NCBI GenBank assembly: GCA_004431415.1
Contig: QPMI01000652.1
Coordinates: forward strand, 1 to 64,000
Reading direction: 5' to 3'
Source of the DNA: Cyanophora paradoxa CCMP329
Lineage: Eukaryota; Plantae; Glaucophyta
DNA length: 64,000 nucleotides
Shown one piece after another: positions 34,000 through 43,335 of this stretch. The translations under genes and the position numbers were made by a program. Each line of letters opens with the position of its first letter. Position 1 is the first letter of the stretch. Below the pieces are notes generated by a model that worked only from the letters and a program-made list of their open reading frames with translations, was not told the DNA's origin and did no database searches.

Positions 34000-34290
34000 C
34001 TACTCGAGACGGCCCCAGGTGCGTCGACGTCCCAGCAGCTGCACGAACCGCTGAAGGGAGGCGGCGGTCCGGCCGCGCGGCGCGCCGCTGTCGACCACGA
34101 TATCGACGCCTTCTATCCATGAGGCGCCATAAAAGTCCGCTCCCTGCGGAATCTGAAGGTTGTTCCACGGGCGCCCGGTCGTGCCGAGCGCCGGCGGGCC
34201 ATCGATGACAGAGACAGCCTCGACCTCGTTAGCGCGATCGGACTCGACGGACGGAGAATGGCAAGGCGCCTCGAATGTGCACATGGCCAT
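34000..34290 (-). CDS. Hypothetical 96-aa protein
   Basis: Reverse GATAAACGGG at 34351; GGGATTCCC at 34371 and 34387. Confidence 0.5.
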   Translation of the reverse strand: MAMCTFEAPCHSPSVESDRANEVEAVSVIDGPPALGTTGRPWNNLQIPQGADFYGASWIEGVDIVVDSGAPRGRTAASLQRFVQLLGRRRTWGRLE

Positions 34291-34476
34291 GGCAACTGTC
34301 GAAAACGACGATAGAATGCCAATAAATGTCGGCCAAGGGCGCCCCGCAGCCCCGTTTATCGAGCCGGGCCGGGATTCCCGGCGCCCGGGATTCCCGACGA
34401 GGATTAGAAAAAACGAAAGAGGGGTAGGGGAAGGAAGGCCTAGGGAGGGGGGGGGGGCCGGGGCGGAGGCGTTAAT

Positions 34477-34640
34477 GGGGGCACACACGCCGTTGCCGGA
34501 ATCGACCAGGCCGCCCCCTAGGCCTACCGCGCGCGAGCCGGTCGCGGTTGCTGCGAGCCGTGCGGGAGGACGGGCGAGCGAGGGCGGGCAGTGGAAAGGG
34601 GGCGAGAGAGGGGTACACGGGCCGTAGCCGGAATCGACCA
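34477..34640 (-). repeat. Two isolated copies of the 34-bp core
   Basis: GGGGGCACACACGCCGTTGCCGGAATCGACCAGGC (34477) and GGGGTACACGGGCCGTAGCCGGAATCGACCA (34610). Confidence 0.85.
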
Positions 34641-34721
34641 CGTACACGGCTACCAGCAACGCGACGCGTCGACTTTGCATTTTTCATCCGCAGTTCGCCG
34701 CATTCATGTTCATATTGCATC

Positions 34722-35183
34722 TCACAAATGATACATCATGACATCGACGTTGAGACGGTCGCGGGCCCGAGGGTCGGCGCGGGCGACGGACGAGAGCAGC
34801 ATGTCGACCGCGGCTTGGACCGCGTCCGCCTGGCGACTATAGCTACCCCCGCCGGTCCGGCCGCCGACGGGCTCGACCACGACGCAGACGCGCCCGCCCG
34901 TGAGCATGTACGTGGAGGCAAACTCGACGAGGGCGCGGCGGACCGCAGGCCCGCTCCCGCCGGGGCCCTCGACGGGAACGAGGAGGCCTCGCCAGCGGCG
35001 CTCTTCCACCCTGATAGCAACGATGACGGCCACGCCAAAGATGGCCCTGACGCGCGGTTCGAGCAGAGACCCCGCCCTGCGGACTATGTCGAGCGCGGGG
35101 ACGGAAAATTGGACGGGGCGCCCCGTGGGGAGCTGTTCCGACACGCAGCGCGCGATCCGCCGGACCAGGTGCGAGGGCTCCAT
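34722..35183 (-). CDS. Hypothetical 153-aa protein
   Basis: Globular-looking C-terminal part of ORF 34722-36758; promoter motifs at about 35300 and 35355. Confidence 0.55.
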   Translation of the reverse strand: MEPSHLVRRIARCVSEQLPTGRPVQFSVPALDIVRRAGSLLEPRVRAIFGVAVIVAIRVEERRWRGLLVPVEGPGGSGPAVRRALVEFASTYMLTGGRVCVVVEPVGGRTGGGSYSRQADAVQAAVDMLLSSVARADPRARDRLNVDVMMYHL

Positions 35184-35554
35184 CGAACTCGAAAGAGCTT
35201 GCAAGCCGGCTACGTAAACGGCGAGCGATCGCGAGAAACGTTTACGAGAGCAATAGTGACGAGGACGCCCGACCACGCGCCCGCGGCGCGGCGCGCCCCG
35301 GATTCCCGGGCCCTGAAGTTTTCGGCTTTTTCCCGCGAGGTTCAAGGCCCGATCGGGAATCCCGGCCCCGCGCCCGCCCCCGGCCGGGCCTAGGCCTGTC
35401 AGCCAATAAGAACGGGCGATTCGCCTTTTTATATACCCTTGTTTGCGGTCGCCGCCGTTTTTAACGTTGGAGCTACCCGCAGGAATCGAGCCCGGATCAT
35501 CGGATCTCGCGCGCGCTCGCACCCGCGCCGGCTGCAGCTGAGGAAGCGTTTGCA

Positions 35555-36491
35555 ATGGCGACGGCCGACGCCGACGGCGCCGCGCGCGCCGGCACCCGCG
35601 GCTGTAATCGCCGCGCCGACGGCGAGCCTTCCGGCATCGCCCTACGCTGCAGGCCGAGCGCCAGAGGGGGCGGGGCCGAGGGCGGGGGCGAGGGCGGGGG
35701 AGATCTAGAGGGCGAGGTCGTCCACGTCTGCTGCGGCCTCGCGAGGACGAGCGTGCTCCTGCAGACCCTCTCCGAGTGCTCCGACGGCGCCGCCGGCACC
35801 CCCGAGCGCCCGCTCGTCGTCGACGTCCCCTTTTCGCCGCGCTCCGTGCGGCGGATCGACGCCGCCGCGCGGGGCGAGTGGCCCGGGACGGCCGCCTGCG
35901 ATCTTGGCGCCTACTTTGAGATGCTGGACGTGCTCGCCTACTTCGACAGCGAGGCGCTCTCCGACGCGACCGCCAGGCGCGGGGGGGGGCGTGGCATCGC
36001 GCAAGGACGCTTTCAAGGAGCTCCTGCGCATCCTGGACGCTCGCTGGGCCCGGGAGCGCCGGCCGGGCCGCCGGCGGCGGGCGGCGCCGGCGCCGGAGCC
36101 GCGCGCGGCGGATCGAGATCGAGATCAAGAGGGGTCCTCCGAGGGGCCTCGGGGGGCGCCCGAAATGGACGCCGATGAGGGCGCCGACGGCGGGCCGAGC
36201 CGCTGTGGCGGCCTCGGGCTCGACGGCGACGTGCACGTGGGGAGCGGGCCCGGACCCGCCGCCCGTCCCCGCGATGGAAAATCGAAGCGAGCCCGCACGT
36301 CCACGGGTCCCGGAGATGAAGAGCACCGAGAATACCGAAGGGGCCACCGAGAAAACCGAGGGGACGAGGAGCGGTCCGCAGAGGAATCTAGGTCGGGCGC
36401 GGCCTCGACACGTGGCGAGCTCTCGGCGGCCCGGATTCCCTCGGCCGTACCCCCGCGCGGGGCGGCCGGGGCCGAGGAATTTCCTATATAA
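35555..36491 (+). CDS. Skp1/BTB(POZ)-like protein, frameshifted at a G run near 35981
   Basis: LARTSVLLQTL...VVDVPF...YFEMLDVLAYFDSEALSDA resembles Skp1 (S..I..ML...VPLP...LFELILAANYLDI..L.D). Continues as ASRKDAFKELLRIL in another frame. Confidence 0.5.
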
Positions 36492-36591
36492 GGGATGGCG
36501 GCGCGCCTCGTTTGGCACTCGACCGCCGACGCTCACGTCCTCCCCCCGCGGCCGGCCCCCCTCTCCCGCACTCGCGATCGCACCCGACGAC

Positions 36592-36813
36592 ATGGAGAAG
36601 CTCGATCGCGCCCCGCGCACGCCCCGTCGCCCGACGACCAAGAGATGCCAGCACGCCAACGTCTGCGAGACGGAAGAGAGCTCCGCGACGTGCATGGACT
36701 GCGGCGAAGTGGTGTCGACCCTTCCCCCCCTGGTGTCGTGCCCGTCGTACGAACTCACGATGTGCTACGCGAATTCGGGGAGCCCCTTTGAATGCAGAGC
36801 TCGAGGCCTATAG
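36592..36813 (+). CDS. Stand-alone TFIIB-type zinc-ribbon peptide (73 aa)
   Basis: CQHANVCETEESSATCMDCGEVV; TATATAAGGG at 36485. Confidence 0.55.
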   Translation: MEKLDRAPRTPRRPTTKRCQHANVCETEESSATCMDCGEVVSTLPPLVSCPSYELTMCYANSGSPFECRARGL

Positions 36814-37124
36814 CCAGGGGGCCGCCGCGGGCCAAAGGCGTGCGCGAGCCGCCGAGCCGCCCGCGCGATGAGATCGTATGTTGTAATCACGTAGAATGCG
36901 TAACTACGTATACGGATCTAGATGTAGCTCCGGTAATTTGGGATTGTGACAGTTGCGAATCGATTTCGTTTCGATCATTTGGAATTCGAGACGAAAAGGA
37001 TCAAACTCGGGCCCGTAGCCCCCGGGCTTGCGGTCGACGGGAATCGCGCCCCCTTTCCGGCTATAAAGAGGGGCCGCCCCCGCCGGCGGTCTGACAGTCG
37101 AGGACCAACCAGGAGCCCGGGAGT

Positions 37125-37164
37125 ATGGCCCCTGCCGCACCCGCCCCGGCTTTTGCCGGCCCCA

Positions 37165-37197
<33 letters not shown>

Positions 37198-38096
37198 TCG
37201 ATTCAAGCCTCGAGCTCGACGACCTCGACCTGGACATCGATCTCGACGATATCGACGGAGAGGTCGGCGGGCTCGAGCTCGCGCCCGAGGCGCAACGGGG
37301 CTGTACCCCCGCCGCCCCCGATCGCGAGCCCGAGCCAGGGGCGCCGCCGGCCGGCGGTGCGGGGGCACGGGGCGCCGGGCCCGCCCCCGTCCCGGGCGCT
37401 GGCGCCTTTGCCGTCGCCGCCCCCACCGGCGCCCAGCGCCCGAAACCAAAGCGGCCCCCCTCGCCGACGAGCCTCGCCCTCGAGGCGCGGCCGCGGCTGC
37501 TGGAGGAGCTCCGCTCCGCCTGCGAGCGGCTGAACCTGCCCCCCGCCGCCGCGACCGAGGCGCTGCGGCAGCTCAAGCTCCGGCCCGAACTCTTCAACGG
37601 GCGGCCCTACTCGCTCCTGGTCCTCGCGGCCCTCTACTCTGCGTGCACCTCGCTGCACATCCCGCGCCGGATCTGCGAGTTCGAGTCGGCCTGCCCCGAG
37701 GGCACGCGGCGCCGCGCCCTCGTCCGGTGCTACAGGGAGCTGCGCCGCAGGGTCCCCGGGGCGCCCGCCCCCGGGACCGACGGGGGCGTGGGGCCCGCCC
37801 ACTACGTGCCCGGGCTGGCGGCCCGCCTCGGCTGCACCCGCGCCCAGACGGCCGACGCCCTCGCGCTGGCCGAGCGGTGGCACAGGGAGAGCAGGGCCCC
37901 CGAGCTCGGGATCCCGCAGATCCGCGCCGCCACCGTCGCCGCTGCGGCGGTGCTCCTCAGCCGCGGGCCGGGGGCCCCGCGGCTCAGCCCGCGGCACGCG
38001 GCCGCCGCCTGGGGCCTCGCCCCCACCCCGCTGTACACGGCGCTCCCCGTGGTCCGCGAGTTTCAGCGGCGGGCCTCGCGCCCGGCTGCGGGCTAA
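37125..38096 (+). CDS. TFIIB-like protein (two cyclin repeats, no Zn ribbon)
   Basis: ELRSACERLNLP...GRPYSLLVLAALYSAC...IPRRICEF...LVRCYREL...PAHYVPGLAARLG...ATVAAAAV; CTATAAAGAGGGG at 37061. Confidence 0.85.
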
Positions 38097-38788
38097 GGCC
38101 CCGGCCCCGCCCCCGGTGCCTAGGCCTGACGCGGCGATTAGGGCACTTGCAGATCTAGTCTAGACCCACCGGTACCGTACCGCCCGCTGCGCTGGCCTGG
38201 CCGATGTGCCTTTCTCCACATCACCCGAGTCGCGCATTCCTCTCTCCTTCAAATTTGGATTCTTCTGTTTGGAAATCACGATCGCGATTGAGGATGTATG
38301 CTGCACACGAACAAATATTAATACTATAGCCATTGGATAGGGCCGGGCGGGCGTGGGCGCGGAGGGGGGGGGTTCCCAATATATTGATTCGGGGTGCGAT
38401 TTGAAATTTCCCGAGAGCGGTGGCGCGCAGGCACCCGCGCCGCACCGGCGCGCGAGGCGCCGCCCGGGTCTACCCCGCGGCCGGCTCCGGGCTCTTCCCG
38501 CGTGGCGACGGCCGGATTCGCACCCTGCTGCCTCGCGGCTCCCCGCCCGGGAGCCCACCCGGCTCTCTCGGGCGCCGGCGCGGATGGAGAGCCTACCAGG
38601 GTACCCCCCGCCAGCCCCAGTCGAGCCCCGCGCTAGACGAGTCGCGAAAAACATGTACACCGATTCGCACAACCAATTAAGGGTACATTTATATATTTCG
38701 CACTGATCGTGAACATGAACCGTTGAATATGGTAAAGGCCACAACGAGCCCGCTAGCGCTGCCCCCGCACGGCCCTCGATCGACCCGA

Positions 38789-40510
38789 CTACTGAGCGCG
38801 GCCGCGGGTCGCGCGGCCGCTCCTGCGGCCCGAGGTCGACGCCTCCTCGCGCTCGGCGCGCTTGGCTTCGTTGCGGGCGCGGTGGAGCTCCTTCTCCTCC
38901 AGCTTCTTCTGCCGGCTGCGCTGCGCCGCCTCGGCCATCTCGGCCGCCGTCGGCGCCCGCACGACGACGGGCTCGACGGGAGCGGCGCGGTCGCTCGGGC
39001 CGGCGAGGGCGACCCCGCGGCGGCCCAGGGCGGCCCGCAGCCCCTCGGCGAGGTCCCGCCGCGCCCCGAGCGCCCGCAGCTCCTCTGGGGCCGCCGCCGC
39101 GCACATCGCCTCCAGGTACTCGCCCCCGACGCCGCGCCCGGCCGCCTGAAGGATGTGCTGGGCGGTGAAGCGGACGCCGACCGCGGCGGCCGCCTCGGGG
39201 ATGCGGGGGTCCGTGCACGTGGAGCGGCATGCGACCCGCCTCGCCAGGGCGGCCCGTGGTAGGGCGCGGGCGGCCGCGTCGCCCATGGCCAGCTGCAGGC
39301 GGGCAAGGAGCGCGTCCTCCCCCTCCGGAAGGTCCTCTGGCACCGCCCGCCGCACCGCCGCCTCCTTAAGCTTCTTGCCGTCGACGGCGCCCGCGGCCGC
39401 CCGCCGCCTCACTCCTGCCAGGGGCGCGTTCCGTTCGGCCACGCGCTGACGCAGGGCCCTGATGCAGCTCGCGTGCGCGGGGTGAGGGCCGAAAAAGGCC
39501 TCCTTGGGCAGCGTGGGCCCGCCCTCAACAAACTCGCCGACGGGCGTCTCCCCCTCCCCGCGGGGAATGGCCACCGCGGCGAAGCGAATGTGTCCCATAT
39601 CTGCATCCACCCCCGAGCAGATGTTGTAGACGTGGATGCTCACGTGAAGCGGGCGCCCCCCGTTCCACGCCGTCAGCTCGGCGGCAAGGCTCGTTTCGAT
39701 CCAGCCGACGACCTCCTCGCTCTTCCGATCCGTCGCCTCGCCGTCGAGCGAGTCCCCCCCGCGGAGCGCCTCCATCCCGACGTCCAACGCCACCACGGCC
39801 CAGATCGAGAGCGGAGAGCCCGACCGCGATCCCGCGCCGAACAACGAGACGGAGCGACCGCGGACGCGATCGCCGGCCCCAAAGGCGAAAAGCCCGAAGA
39901 CGGTTACCTCGCCGCCGATCGCGAGCTGGGGGGCGGCCGGCGGCGGGGTGCGCGCAAGTGCAGGCGGCGCCGGCGCCACCCCTGCAGAGGCCGGCGCCGG
40001 CGCGGCAGGCAGCACCCGACCCTCAACGAGCCAGCCGCGGCTGACGTGCCCCGGCATCTCCAGGTGATGGATGCGGACGATGATTTTGGGGCCCGGCCGA
40101 GGAATGTAATTGACGACAAGGAGCATCGACCCGTCGGCATCGCGCGCCGTCGATCCGGAGGGGCTCAGGTACATGTCCCCCACGGCCTCGTAGCCGCCGC
40201 CGGGGACGAGCTGGGCCCCCATCTTCTCGACCACCTCCACCCGCAGACGCGTCCACTCCTCCTGGGCGCCAGCCGAGAGGCTCGTCCCCTTGATGACGGA
40301 CGCAAAGTGCGACCGCACCATCGGCACGAGGACGGCAAAGCGCGCCGCCCCGCCCGAGCCATCGGCGACGGCGCCGGCCGCGCAGATCGTCCCGATGGCG
40401 CGGCTCGAGCCGACCTTGATCCACGCCTCTGCCCGGCGGACTCCGAAGAGGGCGCGCGCGGCGGCCGACGACGCGTCGACGGCGGCAAAGTTGGCGGACT
40501 CGGTCGACAT
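38789..40510 (-). CDS. Hypothetical 573-aa protein (beta-rich N-terminal half, helical basic C-terminus)
   Basis: Long intronless ORF. Reverse GACAAAAGGG (40624) and GGGAATCCC (40646) point to ATG 40510. Confidence 0.7.
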   Translation of the reverse strand: MSTESANFAAVDASSAAARALFGVRRAEAWIKVGSSRAIGTICAAGAVADGSGGAARFAVLVPMVRSHFASVIKGTSLSAGAQEEWTRLRVEVVEKMGAQLVPGGGYEAVGDMYLSPSGSTARDADGSMLLVVNYIPRPGPKIIVRIHHLEMPGHVSRGWLVEGRVLPAAPAPASAGVAPAPPALARTPPPAAPQLAIGGEVTVFGLFAFGAGDRVRGRSVSLFGAGSRSGSPLSIWAVVALDVGMEALRGGDSLDGEATDRKSEEVVGWIETSLAAELTAWNGGRPLHVSIHVYNICSGVDADMGHIRFAAVAIPRGEGETPVGEFVEGGPTLPKEAFFGPHPAHASCIRALRQRVAERNAPLAGVRRRAAAGAVDGKKLKEAAVRRAVPEDLPEGEDALLARLQLAMGDAAARALPRAALARRVACRSTCTDPRIPEAAAAVGVRFTAQHILQAAGRGVGGEYLEAMCAAAAPEELRALGARRDLAEGLRAALGRRGVALAGPSDRAAPVEPVVVRAPTAAEMAEAAQRSRQKKLEEKELHRARNEAKRAEREEASTSGRRSGRATRGRAQ

Positions 40511-41149
40511 GGCCCCTCTGCAAAAAGGGTTTACGGGTTCCGGCTGTAGGTGCTGCAGCTGTGGCTGCCGTCGTTGTCGACGTGTTTCGACCGCGCAAAT
40601 GCGCCGAGCTCGGCCGCCTCTCTCCCTTTTGTCGACGCGGCAGACGGGAATCCCGGGCGCCGAGAATCCCGAGCGCCATTTTATATAATTATTCGAGCGC
40701 GCGCGCCGCCCTCCGGTATCGTCTACCCGTTGCGCCCGCGCGCCCATCGTGATCATCTACCCTTGGTACCCTGTCCGGGATGCCCCAGCGCCCCCGCCTC
40801 TTCCTCTTCCCCCCGCAAGGCTTTGCATTGACACGGCGCAATTCGAATCCCGAATTCATGTCTGATTTCTTTGCGCAATAGATCACTGATGCATATTTCA
40901 TCGGCGAGAGCGATTTCGTCCGCGCCCGTCGCCGGCCGCGTCCGCTGCGGAGCGGCTGCGGCGGCCCCCGCTGCCGCCCCGGGCCTGCCGGCGCCCGGCC
41001 CCTCGTCCGCCGTCTTGCTTTGCCGGCGGCCGGGGCTGGGAGGCGGGGGAGCCGCTCGGCACCGTGCGGGCAGTTGCCGAGGCCTGCCGCAGCGCGGGCT
41101 CTCGGTGAGACGAGACGCGGGGCGCGGGGCGCAGGTGGGGGGAGGGGTG

Positions 41150-43335
41150 GGCGGGGGTACGGACGGACCGGGACCCGCCCCTGATAGCCCGCCTGGTCGA
41201 TTCCGGCTACGGCGCCTGTACCCCCTTCGACGGTCGCGGGGCCGAGTCCTGCCGCAGCGCGGGCTCTCTGTGAGACGAGACGCGGGGCGCGGGGCGCAGG
41301 TCGGGAGAGGGGAGGGCGGGGGTACGGACGGACCGGGCCCCGCCCCTGATAGCCCTCCTGGTCGATTCCGGCTACGGCGCCTGTACCCCTTCAACGGCCG
41401 CGGGGCCGAGTCCTGCGGGCGCGCTCTGTGAGACGAGACGCGGGGGCGCGGGGCGCAGGCGGGGGGAGGGGTAGGGCGGGGGTAAGGACGGACCGGGGCC
41501 TGTCCCTGATAGCCCGCCTGGTAGATTCCGGCTACGGCGCCTGTACCCCCTTCGACGGCCGCGGGGCCGAGTCCTGCCGGCGCGCTCTGTGAGACGAGAC
41601 GCGGGGCGCGGGGCGCAGGTCGGGAGAGGGGAGGGCGGGGGTACGGACGGACCGGGCCCCGTCCCTGATAGCCCTCCTGGTCGATTCCGGCTACGGCGCC
41701 TGTACCCCCTTCGACGGCCGCGGGGCCGAGTCCTGCCGGCGCGCTCTGTGAGACGAGACGCGGGGCGCGGGGCGCAGGTCGGGAGAGGGGAGGGCGGGGG
41801 TACGGACGGACCGGGCCCCGCCCCTGATAGCCCTCCTGGTCGATTCCGGCTACGGCGCCTGTACCCCCTTCGACGGCCGCGGGGCCGAGTCCTGCCGGCG
41901 CGCTCTGTGAGACGAGACGCGGGGGCGCGGGGCGCAGACGGGGGGAGGCGGAGGGGGGAAGCGAGGGGTACGGACGGACCGGGCCCGTCCCTGATAGCCC
42001 GCCTGGTCGATTCCGGCTACGGCGCCTGTACCCCTTCCACGGCCGCGGGGCCGAGTCCTGCGGGCTCTCTGTGAGACGAGACGCGGGGCGCGGGGTGCAG
42101 GTTGGGGGATGGAGAGGGCGGGGGGTACGGACGGGCCGGGCCCCGTCGCTGATAGCCCTCCTGGTCGATTCCGGCTACGGCGCCTGTACCCCCGTCGACG
42201 GCCGCGGGGCCGAGTCCTGCGGGCTCTCTGTGAGACGAGACTCGGGGCGCGGGGTGCAGGTTGGGGGATGGAGAGGGCGGGGGTACGGACGGACCGGGCC
42301 CCGCCCCTGATAGCCCTCCTGGTCGATTCCGGCTACGGCGCCTGTACCCCCGTCGACGGCCGCGGGGGCCGAGTCCTGCGTGCCTGCGTGCCGCGGGCGC
42401 CGAGTGAGCGAGGGCGGGGGCGCGGCGAGGGGGCGAGAGGCTCAGGGGGGTACACACGCCGTAGCCGGAATCGACCAGGCCGCCCCTACCACGAGCCTGC
42501 TGCTGCGGGCCGCACGGGGGAAAGGATGAGCGAGGGCGGGGCGCGGCGAGGGGGCGAGAGGCTCAGGGGGGTACACACGCCGTAGCCGGAATCGACCAGG
42601 CCGCCCCTACCACGAGCCTGCTGCTGCGGGCCGCACGGGGGAAAGGATGAGCGAGGGCGGGGCGCGGCGAGGGGGCGAGAGTCTCGGGGGGGTACGCACG
42701 CCGTTGCCGGAATCGACCAGGCCGCCCCTCCTCTGAGCCTGCTGCTGCGGGCCGCACGGGGCGCTGGGTGGGCGGGGGCGGGGCGCGGCAAGGGGGGCGA
42801 GAGGCCCAGGGGGGTACACACGCCGTTGCCGGAATCGACCAGGCCGCCCCTACCGCGAGCCTGCTGCGGCGGGCCGTGCGGGCCGCCGAGTGAGCGAGGG
42901 CGGGGGCGCTCGAAGGGGGCGAGAGGCCTAAGGGGTACACACACCGTAGCCGGAATCGACCAGGCCGCCCCTACTGCGAGCCTGCTGCCGCGGGCCGTAC
43001 GGGTCGATGGGTGAGCGAGGGCGGGGCGCGGCAGGGGGGCGAGAGGCTCGGGGGGGTACGCACGCCGTAGCCGGAATCGACCAGGCCGCGTCTACCACGA
43101 GCCTGCTGCTGCGGGCCGCACGGGGGAAAGGATGAGCGAGGGCGGGGCGCGACGAGGGGGCGAGGGGCTCGGGGGGGGGGTACACACGCCGTAGCCGGAA
43201 TCGACCAGGCCGCCCCTACTGCGAGCCTGCTGCCGCGGGCCGTACGGGTCGATGGGTGAGCGAGGGCGGGGCGCGGCAGGGGGGCGAGAGGCTCGGGGGG
43301 GTACGCACGCCGTAGCCGGAATCGACCAGGCCGCC
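41150..43335. repeat. Head-to-head core array 3 (8 A units on +, 8 B units on -)
   Basis: A cores 41191...42317 (period about 158-167); reverse B cores 42447...43298 (period about 121). Confidence 0.95.

Noticed and set aside
5140-35990. Pseudogenisation or programmed frameshifting (indels near 5140-5185, 6456, 24200, 35981)
   Set aside because: They lie in G/C runs, catalytic motifs are intact, and the host EDEM3-like gene shows similar shifts. Assembly error is more likely, but a read check is needed.
11814-40654. True NF-kB regulation of the GGGAWTCCC motif
   Set aside because: Only sequence resemblance (9 bp versus the usual 10 bp); no evidence here that the host encodes Rel proteins.
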